DNA of 64,000 nucleotides from Candidatus Doudnabacteria bacterium (GTDB taxonomy: Bacteria; Patescibacteriota; Doudnabacteria; UBA920; O2-02-FULL-48-8). The stretch lies in contig JACPFQ010000004.1 in NCBI GenBank assembly GCA_016182875.1, positions 183,556-247,555 on the forward strand, read 5' to 3'. The translations under genes were made by a program, and so were the position numbers. Each line of letters opens with the position of its first letter. The first letter of the stretch is position 1. Below the pieces are notes generated by a model. That model searched no databases and had not been told where the DNA came from. It was given only the letters and a program-made list of their open reading frames with translations. Of the stretch, positions 38,611 to 48,204 are shown in pieces.

Positions 38611-39987
38611 CTAGCTAATTGTGAGACATGTCGCAACAGCCTCGTCGCTTCCTTGCCTTAATAATCGCAATCTGGAACCTTGAATTTCTTTTTGCTGTTC
38701 CAAGCTGGTTATTTGCACATTAATCTTAGTTATCATAGTATCCTTCTTATTTCCAAAATTTCTATCCAAATGCTCCAATTCAGACTTATGGGTCGCAAGT
38801 TTTGTATTCAGTTCAGTTGTGTTCTTAGCCAATGTCAGTTCCTGCAAAGTATCAGCCCGTCTTGGCTTTTGACTACGAAAAAGTCCTATTACAAAATGTA
38901 AGATTAACTCTGCAACCATGAGTATGCCGAACACTATCATGGCCAAGGGTAGAAGGACTATCTTAAATGGCGTGAATATGAAATTGAAGCGATGCTCCGT
39001 ACGTATTTTATGTAAGATCAAGCCCACAGCGAATACCAAAGGCACGAACAGAATACGCAACAAGGCATCAATAACAACGCTTTCGTGCCCTTTCATTACA
39101 GGTACCAGAATCACAAGCACATAAGCTAACAACAACAGAAAACCTATACCCAAAATCGCATATAAGGTAAGTTGGTTAATCACATGCACAGAATTCCTGT
39201 AGCGCTTCTCAACGTAATTAATGAGAAAATCAACTAAGGTTACAAACACCAAAGCAATGATGGCGCTAAAAATATAGGCGGACTTTACTGCTATAAAACC
39301 AATCGTAATAGTGCTGCCCACCTGAACTTTCAATACGTCACTGAATATCGCATAGGTTATGAAAAAGTCTCCAATGAATAACAGGACAGCCAGGCCTAGA
39401 TAGAAGTAGTATAGGATGTCCATTTCAACATTCGCTAGTGCAGAGCTTAACTGATTTTTCGCCGCAGTTATAAGCGTGCCCCAACGATTCAAAGTCTTCG
39501 GCTGTTTATCAGGTTGTGCAATTGGGGCCTTATTATCTTGCTCCTGCTGTAATTTACGATATTCTTCCTGCCTTCGTGCCAGTTCCTTTTCGAGATCACT
39601 AATCTCACTAAGCAAATTCCTTTTATCTTCCTGGTGCTGATTCTCTAAGTTTGTCGTTAAAGCACTAATGTCCTGTTTGAGTTCCTTAATTTTTTGGTCA
39701 ATCGTCTCAATTTTAATTTCGCAGTCCTTAGTTTCATTGGAAAAACCTAAATCAAAGATTTTAGCCTGGACTTTTTTTATAACATCTTCCAAAGGTTCGG
39801 TTTCCGTTGCCTTCGCCATCTGTTTTTTCCAGTGATTCTGATTCTTTTTTACTATCTTCTTACCGACTCTGTAGCCAGTCTTGTAAGGATCAGTAGACCT
39901 GCCTGAAAGCCTGTAAAGTAAATACACGGTCACAGGGGCAACTGCTCCAACTAGAATAAGAATTAGGTTATTGCTCCAAGTTCCCAT
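38611..39987 (-). CDS. membrane protein with N-terminal TM, central coiled coil, polytopic core and C-terminal coiled coil; unknown function
   Basis: Hydrophobicity and heptad patterns only; AT-rich. Confidence 0.5.
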   Translation of the reverse strand: MGTWSNNLILILVGAVAPVTVYLLYRLSGRSTDPYKTGYRVGKKIVKKNQNHWKKQMAKATETEPLEDVIKKVQAKIFDLGFSNETKDCEIKIETIDQKIKELKQDISALTTNLENQHQEDKRNLLSEISDLEKELARRQEEYRKLQQEQDNKAPIAQPDKQPKTLNRWGTLITAAKNQLSSALANVEMDILYYFYLGLAVLLFIGDFFITYAIFSDVLKVQVGSTITIGFIAVKSAYIFSAIIALVFVTLVDFLINYVEKRYRNSVHVINQLTLYAILGIGFLLLLAYVLVILVPVMKGHESVVIDALLRILFVPLVFAVGLILHKIRTEHRFNFIFTPFKIVLLPLAMIVFGILMVAELILHFVIGLFRSQKPRRADTLQELTLAKNTTELNTKLATHKSELEHLDRNFGNKKDTMITKINVQITSLEQQKEIQGSRLRLLRQGSDEAVATCLTIS

Positions 39988-40005
39988 AAATTTTAAAGGG
40001 ATTAA

Positions 40006-41238
40006 TTATAAGTTCTTGAACACCACCGTACACGGATTCAGGATTTTTTTATAAAATTTTTCTAAAGCATTTCTGTAGCTAAGATCACCCTTAAAATCTA
40101 CGCCGATAACAGCGAAAGTGTCCTTCTCACTTTTACAAAGGGCATTTTCCGTGATGAATGAACGGGAGCCGTTATTGTAATTTTCTAAAGCCCTATAGTC
40201 GGAGGGCCAAACAAAGGAACTGCCAAACGAAAACGCCCCGTCGTTAACCAACACATAATGATTATTATTATATTTATCCAAGCTGTTATCAAGCACCCTG
40301 GTTAAAAGTTGGTCCAAGAAAGTATCAGTATGGCAGTATCGGCTTGGATTCCCCAAACCTTTGCTATAAAATTCTTGTATTGCCTTGAAGACAACATCGG
40401 CATCGTTCGTAGTTACAACCGAACCATTTTGTGAAATGGCTGGCGGCATTCTTTCGCCTATTTGCACCAGTGCAGTTTTGTCCCTATTGGAATAGACAAA
40501 CTTCGCCTTGTATTCAGGATCGGTGTAATTAACGGTGAGCGTTTCTTTGCACGGATTATCTTGCTGCGCGGGGCCATATAGCCTCACAGTGATTACATCG
40601 CCAGGGGAGAGTGGCTCGTCCTCGGTCAAATATTCCTGCATTTTATTAAAAACAACATCGCTATATTTGATCTGAGCGCCGCGTTCCAGGTCTTGTCGGT
40701 CGAGTGAAGTTACCGAACCTGAAATATCCAAGGATAAGTCAAAATGCCTATTACGTTTATTTTCATTGAAGAGTGTTAGTGGAGTATCGTCCTTGCCATC
40801 GAACCTTTTTGCAAGGTCAACTATATGTTTCCTCAGACTGTTAGGCTCCTCTGTAAGTTTGGCCAGTGGATAAGTTTCATTACCGATCTTTATATACTTA
40901 CAATTCTCATCGCGACAATTTTCTACATTACTTTGATCATCTAGCGCTTCAATCTGAATCGCAACCTCTGCACGCACCCCCTTACCAATTCCTTGAATAA
41001 TTAAAATCAGAATCGGGGATACCATGATCAAAAGCAGAATGATAAAACCTCCTAATAATTTAGGGTTGAATTTGGCTTGAGCAGTATCTCGCTTGTTGGA
41101 TTTTTTCCTCGAACTACTTTCTGATAGCGGATCGAATAAGGATTGGCTAACATGGCTGTTCTTGAAACCGCAAGAATAGCAAAAAGTGTCAGATTTTTTT
41201 ATTTCCACCCCACAATTGAAGCAAAACATAAAGGTCAA
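40006..41238 (-). CDS. Zn-ribbon / TM / extracellular vWA-like domain protein
   Basis: CFNCG...CYSCG zinc ribbon, one TM, MIDAS-like FDLSLDISGSVTS...VLVNDGAFS. Confidence 0.5.
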   Translation of the reverse strand: MTFMFCFNCGVEIKKSDTFCYSCGFKNSHVSQSLFDPLSESSSRKKSNKRDTAQAKFNPKLLGGFIILLLIMVSPILILIIQGIGKGVRAEVAIQIEALDDQSNVENCRDENCKYIKIGNETYPLAKLTEEPNSLRKHIVDLAKRFDGKDDTPLTLFNENKRNRHFDLSLDISGSVTSLDRQDLERGAQIKYSDVVFNKMQEYLTEDEPLSPGDVITVRLYGPAQQDNPCKETLTVNYTDPEYKAKFVYSNRDKTALVQIGERMPPAISQNGSVVTTNDADVVFKAIQEFYSKGLGNPSRYCHTDTFLDQLLTRVLDNSLDKYNNNHYVLVNDGAFSFGSSFVWPSDYRALENYNNGSRSFITENALCKSEKDTFAVIGVDFKGDLSYRNALEKFYKKILNPCTVVFKNL

Positions 41239-41481
41239 TATTATTTTAAACTAAGCTTACCAGTGACAACGTAATAGAACGCCCTTCTAACGCCTTCAAA
41301 AATTACGAATATGATCATGCCACCGACAACGAAACTAAAAACCCTTTGGTTTGAGTCTATAGTCGCAATTAGTAAATTGAATGTCCAGGCAATTATAAGA
41401 CATAAAATATATAGAACTTTCGCAAACTATACCAGGGCTTTTGTTCTAAATCTTCCTTAGTTAAATTCATAACTTGATTTT

Positions 41482-42357
41482 TTAAGGCAAGCTTTCGCAA
41501 GCGACACCGTCATGATCGCCATCTAATCTGTCAAAATTATAACTTGGACTACCTCCACCCGCTTTAAAGTATGCCTGGGCTTCTGCCTGAGTCTTGAAAT
41601 CTCCGCAATCTCTGTCTTGACCAGTAATCGGAGGGGTTAAAACAGGCGCAGAACTGCCAGTTTGTGTACCTGAATCGCAAGCCTCATCTGCCCACATGCC
41701 GCGTTCTGCCGCTATAGCTTCCGCCTCCGCTTGCTTAAACTCACCTTGGTATTTGTAAGGCTTGTTGTAAGTGTATTCTTCGGCATAGCCAAGCCTGATC
41801 ATTTCCTTGCTAACATTCAGGTCGCCTACAAATACATATCGAAGCAAACGATTATATTTGTCCAGGTTGTCCTGGGATGAATCAGCTTCCAACTTAACCT
41901 TTTTGCCACTCATCAACTCCTTGGCTTTATTTGAAGCTTCGGGGCCAAAGCACTCTACAAGGGAATCGGAGTCAACTATTTCTGGCGTATCAAGACCAAT
42001 GAGCCTAACCCTCTGGATTTTATTGTCCAAGCTAATGTCAATGGTGTCGCCATCAACGACTTTGACTACTGAGTATAACTGACTTTCAGAGGTTTGAATT
42101 TTGTCTGGCATTGTCGACTCAGCTTGGGATTGTGAATCTTTTTGCTGTGAGTCGGATACAACTCCCTGAACCGATCCTTTTGGAGAAGCATTGGCGATTA
42201 AGATTACAAAAAATATAGAAGCAATGCCGAATGCTGCAGCTAACCTTTTACGCGACCATTCGAGCTTCAAAAGTCTATGAAGCAACTGCGGCCTAATCAG
42301 GCTCAACCCTAACCCAGCCAAAGAAGCTAACAGGAGTAAAACAAATAATACTTGCAT
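41482..42357 (-). CDS. secreted/membrane-anchored thermonuclease (SNase-like) with C-terminal Excalibur calcium-binding domain
   Basis: SNase core VVKVVDGDTIDIS...RVRLIGLDTPE...YNRLLRYVFV; Excalibur DRLDGDHDGVACE. Confidence 0.75.
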   Translation of the reverse strand: MQVLFVLLLLASLAGLGLSLIRPQLLHRLLKLEWSRKRLAAAFGIASIFFVILIANASPKGSVQGVVSDSQQKDSQSQAESTMPDKIQTSESQLYSVVKVVDGDTIDISLDNKIQRVRLIGLDTPEIVDSDSLVECFGPEASNKAKELMSGKKVKLEADSSQDNLDKYNRLLRYVFVGDLNVSKEMIRLGYAEEYTYNKPYKYQGEFKQAEAEAIAAERGMWADEACDSGTQTGSSAPVLTPPITGQDRDCGDFKTQAEAQAYFKAGGGSPSYNFDRLDGDHDGVACESLP

Positions 42358-42640
42358 ATAGTGAGTAAATTATATTCTCTTTTGCTTGGGCTGTAAATGT
42401 TATCGGCACATGAAAAATGCGTCATAAGTCAACACAAACCCCTTGCCCTGAAGAGAAATAAAAAGGCCCTACCTTCGAAAATCGGCGCAAAACAAGGGTC
42501 AGCGAAAAACCAATCATCCTGCTTGGATTTATGGATACCAATTGCTTATAGCAATTCTCGAAATTTAACACTTAGACAGGTTTAAGTCATTGTGCTAAAT
42601 TGTGGAATGTTCAAATACTGGGCTGTTTAGTCCACCAAGT

Positions 42641-42663
42641 AAAAATCCCTGAAAGGGATTTTT
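42641..42663. terminator. perfect hairpin terminator (aaaaatccct gaa agggattttt)
   Basis: Overlaps stop of 42662..43144. Confidence 0.5.
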
Positions 42664-43144
42664 ACTTATGTAATTGAGTTCTTATCTCAGTAGCTAATCG
42701 TTTCGAAGTATCCCAAATCACGGGCAGTTCCAGGTAGTCAATCAATATCGCCACCCAAGCCGCGATTAGGGGCCAGTGGAACAATTCAATGTGTGTCGCA
42801 AAGCGCTCAATCACCACCTCGTCTGTTATCCAAAGAATGTGAATCCACTGAACATTGAGGAACAAAAGGTAGAGGAAGTTTTTTGCGGTCCATCTTTCCC
42901 GGAGCAGGTGAATGTATAGGATCGAGGTAGAAATGATCGCCGGTATTTCTGAATAATCGATGAAAGTTGAGATTATCCCCCAAATATCAGACAGGCCAAA
43001 ATAGCTCTGCCCTGTGAGTTTTAATAGGACGACGTCGGTCAACATCCAATATAAGTGGAAAATTTGCAACAGGAATAACCCGGTTGCAACCGAGAGGTTG
43101 AGCAAGTAGTGGCGTTGATACCAAACCCAAAACTTGTTAAACAT
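42662..43144 (-). CDS. polytopic membrane protein, unknown
   Basis: 4-5 TM helices. Confidence 0.45.
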   Translation of the reverse strand: MFNKFWVWYQRHYLLNLSVATGLFLLQIFHLYWMLTDVVLLKLTGQSYFGLSDIWGIISTFIDYSEIPAIISTSILYIHLLRERWTAKNFLYLLFLNVQWIHILWITDEVVIERFATHIELFHWPLIAAWVAILIDYLELPVIWDTSKRLATEIRTQLHK

Positions 43145-43158
43145 AGTATAATCATAGC

Positions 43159-43845
43159 ATGCAAGAACGGCTTCAAAAATTTTTATCCTCGGCTGGCGTT
43201 GCCTCGCGGCGCGCGGCCGAAAAGTTGATAACTTCCGGCAAAGTTAAAGTTAACGGCGCAGTAATTACAAAGCTTGGAACAAAAGTTGATCCCGAAATCG
43301 ACCAAGTCTCGGTTAACGGCAAAAAAATCCAAAGTACGCAAAAATTGATTTACCTTGCCCTCAACAAACCCAAGCGGTACATGACCACGCGGTCTGACCC
43401 AGAACGCCGCCGCACCATTTATGATCTTCTGCCGCCTGATTTGAAAAATAAAGTCTGGCCGGTCGGTCGCCTGGACTTCAATACCGAAGGCTTGCTTTTG
43501 TTTACCAATGATGGCGAGCTGACCCAAAAGTTGACCCATCCTTCCAGTGAACATGAGAAGGAATACGAAGTAACCTTGGATAAAGAATTATCCGAGGGCA
43601 AAATGGAAAAAATCAGAAACGGAATGATTTTAGACGGCAAAAAGACCGCCCCTAGTCTAATTCGTACGAATGGTACCACAGTTTATCTCACCATTCATGA
43701 AGGCTGGAAGCGGCAAATCAGAAGAATGTTTTCATTACTTGGATTTACCGTGCGCAATCTCAAGCGGATTAGAGTCGGCAAACTGCGCCTGGGGGATTTA
43801 GAACTAGGAAAATACCGTTTGGTTAATTTGAAAGATATAATCTAA
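43159..43845 (+). CDS. rRNA pseudouridine synthase (RsuA/RluB family)
   Basis: S4 domain plus catalytic VGRLDxxxEGLLL motif. Confidence 0.8.
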   Translation: MQERLQKFLSSAGVASRRAAEKLITSGKVKVNGAVITKLGTKVDPEIDQVSVNGKKIQSTQKLIYLALNKPKRYMTTRSDPERRRTIYDLLPPDLKNKVWPVGRLDFNTEGLLLFTNDGELTQKLTHPSSEHEKEYEVTLDKELSEGKMEKIRNGMILDGKKTAPSLIRTNGTTVYLTIHEGWKRQIRRMFSLLGFTVRNLKRIRVGKLRLGDLELGKYRLVNLKDII

Positions 43846-43896
43846 TGTGCTATAATATATGAGTAAAAATCGCTATTTTAAGAAACAGAGGCCAAA

Positions 43897-44418
43897 ATGG
43901 ATTATCAGGCTTTAAGCGAAAGTCAGAAGAGGTTCCGAATATTCTTGGGAGCCTCTGCTTTTATTTTATTCCTCTCTAGCCAAGGCGCTTTCGCTCACGG
44001 TTTAGTTTATACTTTGGAGAAAGTGGAAGACGATTATCTTATTGATGTTGGCTTGAGCGGGGAAAATATTACAGCGGGCGACGCCGTCCGAATTAGTTTT
44101 GAGCTTTTTGATAATAAAACTAAAAATCCGGCTGAATTTGACGCGGTGTGGGTCAAGCTGGCGCAGGCGGACAAAGTGATGTTTATTGGCACTTTGCAAA
44201 ACGACTCTTCCGGCTTGCTGCGACCCATGACGTATCATTTTCCTTACGGCGGGGATTATGATTTGACTGTCCGCTATGAAAAAGACAACAAAAAATTGGC
44301 CGAAACAGTATTTAACCTCAAGGCGTCGGACGCAAACCAAAGCTCCAGGTTTGCACTTATGTCCGGCGTAGTTGGGCTCATTTTAGGATTTTTGTCAGCG
44401 TGGTTTGTAAAAAAATAA
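43897..44418 (+). CDS. secreted protein with C-terminal TM anchor, unknown
   Basis: Signal peptide, C-terminal hydrophobic helix. Confidence 0.45.
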   Translation: MDYQALSESQKRFRIFLGASAFILFLSSQGAFAHGLVYTLEKVEDDYLIDVGLSGENITAGDAVRISFELFDNKTKNPAEFDAVWVKLAQADKVMFIGTLQNDSSGLLRPMTYHFPYGGDYDLTVRYEKDNKKLAETVFNLKASDANQSSRFALMSGVVGLILGFLSAWFVKK

Positions 44419-44451
44419 AAGTAACGTAAAATTAATCGTATTGAACTAGTT

Positions 44452-45492
44452 ATGGAGAATCTTGACCAAAACCTGCCTTCGGCGGCCCCAGAAGCTTCAT
44501 TGCCCGAAAGCCAGATTCCTTCACCGCAGCCCAGTTCCAAGAAGAACTTGATTATCGGTTCTATTGCTTTGGCCCTGATTTTGTTGGCCGGCGGAGCGCT
44601 GGCTTATTTTTATTATCCGCCTTCTCCCGAGAAAGTCGCGGCTCGAATGGCGAAGATGGTGGCTGATGCCAAGTCCACGGACTTCAGCGTCAAAATGGAC
44701 ATGGAACTGAATGCCGCCCTGGCCCCTGAGTTGGGAGGCGAGAGCAGACAAGTCAAAATATCCGTGGAATTGGATGGAGCTTCGGATTCGTCTGACGCCA
44801 ATAATCCGAAGTTTTATGCGTTAACAAAAGTGTCTGGCGAAGCGCTAGTTATATCTGCAGATGTCAGGGTCATCGGAAAAGTTTTTTATATAAAGTTAAA
44901 TGAAGCTCCCTTCTTGGGCTTCATCGATCCGGGTCAGGTAAAAAACCAGTGGATAAAAGTTGATATTGAACAGCTGAATAAGGATTTGGGGTTGCCTGAG
45001 CAAAGCTACAAAAGCTTAACCGAAGAGCAAAAAAAACTGATTACCGCTCTATACGAGAATTCAAAAATCATCAAGCTAGCGCAGCGTCTAGGTTCGGAAA
45101 AGGTCAACGGGGCGGCTGCCAGCCACTATCGGTTCACTATCGATAAGCAGGAGCTTACGGCATTTATGCGCCGCACGATCGAGATAACCAACGAGGAGCT
45201 GACTGAAGAGATGAAAGCCGAATTCGAGAAAGCAATAGGCCAGCTTGAGTTTGAACCAGGCGAGATATGGATAGGCCGCAAAGATAATCTGCCGTATAAA
45301 ATCGTGATGGCAATGAACATGAACAGTTCTGACGAGAATCCCACGAGCGGCAAATGGACATTTATAATCAACTTCAAAAGCTTTAATCAACCCGTGGGCG
45401 TGGAAGCTCCTTCCAACAGCAAAAGTTTCAATGAGGTATTTGGTGACCTAATGGGGTCAATGAATGCGCAGCCGCCGATTCCGGTAAACTAA
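44452..45492 (+). CDS. membrane-anchored hypothetical protein
   Basis: N-terminal proline-rich region then a single TM. Confidence 0.5.
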   Translation: MENLDQNLPSAAPEASLPESQIPSPQPSSKKNLIIGSIALALILLAGGALAYFYYPPSPEKVAARMAKMVADAKSTDFSVKMDMELNAALAPELGGESRQVKISVELDGASDSSDANNPKFYALTKVSGEALVISADVRVIGKVFYIKLNEAPFLGFIDPGQVKNQWIKVDIEQLNKDLGLPEQSYKSLTEEQKKLITALYENSKIIKLAQRLGSEKVNGAAASHYRFTIDKQELTAFMRRTIEITNEELTEEMKAEFEKAIGQLEFEPGEIWIGRKDNLPYKIVMAMNMNSSDENPTSGKWTFIINFKSFNQPVGVEAPSNSKSFNEVFGDLMGSMNAQPPIPVN

Positions 45493-45515
45493 CGCGCGGC
45501 GGCATCAAGGGGAAA

Positions 45516-46727
45516 ATGAAACAAAATTCACAAGAAAAAAAACACATAGTCATTCTCGGCGGCGGCTTTGCCGGAGTTGCAGCTGCCTTGAATTTGTCAC
45601 AGTATTTGGAGATTGACGATGAGTATGAGATTATACTTGTCGATCGCAGAGATTATCAGCTTTATCACGCCGCGCTTTATGAAGCGGCGACGACCGAGCA
45701 CGGCTACGTCGAAGGAAAGAAGCTCAAGCGAACTTTAACTATCCCGCTTGCCGAGATTTTCGGCAAGACGAAAGTCAAGGTTTTCAAAGGCTACGTGGAA
45801 CGGATTGAGCTTAATGACGGCAAGGTCGTTACCGATTCCCGGATTATTTATTTTGATTATCTTTTGATTGCTTTGGGAAGTGTGGCGGATTTTTACGGCA
45901 TCGAGAGCATCGCACGTTTCGGATTCACTTTGAAAAGTTTGGAAGACGCGATAATGGTCCGCAATAGAATCGAGGATATAATCACCAAAAAAGATTCAGC
46001 ACTGATTGTCATCGGCGGCGGCGGGTTCGCGGGAGTGGAGTTCGCAGCCGAACTTCGCAATCTAATAAAAAAAGAATGCCGGCATCACGGGAAGCGCCTG
46101 GATAGCTTTAAAATTTTGATTATTGAGGGCGCGACGACATATTTGCCGGGTCTTCCCGAAAAAGTTTCTGCTCTAGTGGCCCGCCGCCTAGGCCAAATGG
46201 GGGTGGAAGCCCGATTTTCCACGTTGCTTACTGAAGCCGGCAAGGACTTTGTGCTGCTTAACAATAAGGAGAAACTGGAGTGCGATCTGCTAATCTGGAC
46301 CGGAGGCGTGCGGTCCTGCCGCCTGCCCGTGGACACGGATTTGGAGCGCGACAAAAAAGACCGAACCAACGTCACGGAATTTTTGAATCTCAAAAGTTTT
46401 CCGAATATTTTTTTGGCCGGAGATAATGGCTGCTTCATGGACCCAAAAACCAAAAAACCATTGCCCCAGACCGCGCAAGAGGCCGTTAATCAAGGAAAAC
46501 ACGCGGCCAAAAATATTTTCCGAACCATCAAAGGCAAACCTTTGTGGCCTTACCATTCCGCGTCTTCCCGATTTGTTATTCCGGTTACGGGCAAATGGGC
46601 GATTTTTTATACTCCGAATTTGGTCATTCCGGGCTTCCTGGGCTGGTTGATCAGACGACTGGCCGACTTGCGCTACTTTTTGTCTATTCTGCCCTGGCCG
46701 ACTGCCCTGAATTTTTGTCTTTTTTAA
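45516..46727 (+). CDS. type II NADH dehydrogenase-like FAD-dependent pyridine nucleotide-disulfide oxidoreductase
   Basis: Two GxGxxG dinucleotide folds (ILGGGFAG, VIGGGGFAG). Confidence 0.7.
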   Translation: MKQNSQEKKHIVILGGGFAGVAAALNLSQYLEIDDEYEIILVDRRDYQLYHAALYEAATTEHGYVEGKKLKRTLTIPLAEIFGKTKVKVFKGYVERIELNDGKVVTDSRIIYFDYLLIALGSVADFYGIESIARFGFTLKSLEDAIMVRNRIEDIITKKDSALIVIGGGGFAGVEFAAELRNLIKKECRHHGKRLDSFKILIIEGATTYLPGLPEKVSALVARRLGQMGVEARFSTLLTEAGKDFVLLNNKEKLECDLLIWTGGVRSCRLPVDTDLERDKKDRTNVTEFLNLKSFPNIFLAGDNGCFMDPKTKKPLPQTAQEAVNQGKHAAKNIFRTIKGKPLWPYHSASSRFVIPVTGKWAIFYTPNLVIPGFLGWLIRRLADLRYFLSILPWPTALNFCLF

Positions 46728-46765
46728 AACAACATCTTTACAAAAAATGATTAATAAACAAATGT

Positions 46766-47842
46766 ATGCCTAACACACCCTTGCCAACATTTGGCAACTT
46801 TGAGTTAGCGGGTATTGCAGTATTGGTTGCGGCCCTAGGTCTTTGGATTATTTATCGTTTTCTAGATAAGTTGCCGCGACCTAAGAGCAAACGGTTAACA
46901 GTGGGCCATGAACTTCGGCTGATTAAGCTCAATACGCTAATAATTTTTGCCGCACTTTTTTCGGCATCCTGGGACATTTGGTGGCATCGGGCGGTCGGGC
47001 GAGACTCACTATGGGAGCTTCCGCATATTTTTATGTATTCTCTGGCGACGATTGGAATTGCCCTAGGAATATACATTTGGCGTCATACTCGCGAAAAACT
47101 TTGGAAGAAAATGGTATTGGCATTGATGATAGTGCCACTGTCCGCTCCTTTTGATAACTTCTGGCATATCGTTTTTGGGGTAGAAGACTTATCGCGGCCG
47201 ATTAGTCTTTCGTGGAGCCCGCCTCATATGGCACTGGATATTGCGGTTATTCTGGTGTTAGCTTGTTTGCTGAAAGCCCTCTATCGCCACCACAAAGTTA
47301 AAGACCAAACTTTTTTTGGGACTTTGATTTTTGGAGCGCTTTACGTTCAAGCAACTTTCTTAGTTATGCCATTCCATCCGACCGAGGGATGGGGACAGGT
47401 TTGGGGATTTTGGGGAGCGGGACTGTTGGCATCTGTGTATATTTTTGTCCTTTTAATGGCTCAAAGATGGAGCAAAAGTGGAGTCGCGGCCATTATGACT
47501 TCGATTTTTGGGCTTCTGCTTATGATGACAGCGTATGGCAAAGAAACCGCGCCCCAGATTCTACTTATGCCGCATGACCGGGGCCCCAATTGGATTTATT
47601 TGTTTGCTTACATTGGAACCGCCGCGTTTTTGGATTATACGAGGTTTACGCACAACCTTTGGGCAAGGGGAGCTTTAGCCGGCGGCATTTGGTCGTTGAT
47701 TCTTTTCGGTTCATCATCAAGATTTTTTGCTCCCGAATTTCAATACGGCTGGCCAGAAATAATAATCGCAACTGTTTCGGGTTTAATCGGCGGTTGGCTG
47801 GCAGTAGTTTTGTACGATTATATAGAGAAAAGAAGAAGATAG
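46766..47842 (+). CDS. polytopic membrane protein, unknown
   Basis: ~10 TM helices. Confidence 0.5.
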   Translation: MPNTPLPTFGNFELAGIAVLVAALGLWIIYRFLDKLPRPKSKRLTVGHELRLIKLNTLIIFAALFSASWDIWWHRAVGRDSLWELPHIFMYSLATIGIALGIYIWRHTREKLWKKMVLALMIVPLSAPFDNFWHIVFGVEDLSRPISLSWSPPHMALDIAVILVLACLLKALYRHHKVKDQTFFGTLIFGALYVQATFLVMPFHPTEGWGQVWGFWGAGLLASVYIFVLLMAQRWSKSGVAAIMTSIFGLLLMMTAYGKETAPQILLMPHDRGPNWIYLFAYIGTAAFLDYTRFTHNLWARGALAGGIWSLILFGSSSRFFAPEFQYGWPEIIIATVSGLIGGWLAVVLYDYIEKRRR

Positions 47843-48204
47843 AAATAAAATGCAAAAAATCGTAAGAAATTATTACCTGATGATGTCACCGTTTGTCGTC
47901 GGATATTTAATTTATGCTTTTAAAATTCATTCGACCCAACCCTTAATCATATTCCTTGTTTTTGGGATAGATGGTGATTTAAAAAAACCGGCGGTTAGCC
48001 GATTTTTTTTATGCTGCTATATCCAAGTCTTCGTACTGCTTGTATTGCTCGAGTAATCTGTCACGTTCCGCAGTATTACCTGAAGCTTCAGCCGCCGCAA
48101 TCTTCTGTAGAAGCGCCTGAGCAGCGGATTGCTTTTCTACTCGATCGCTTGCATCACCAATTTGACGTTCAGTTGCCATAGATTAAAGATTAATTAACTG
48201 TATT

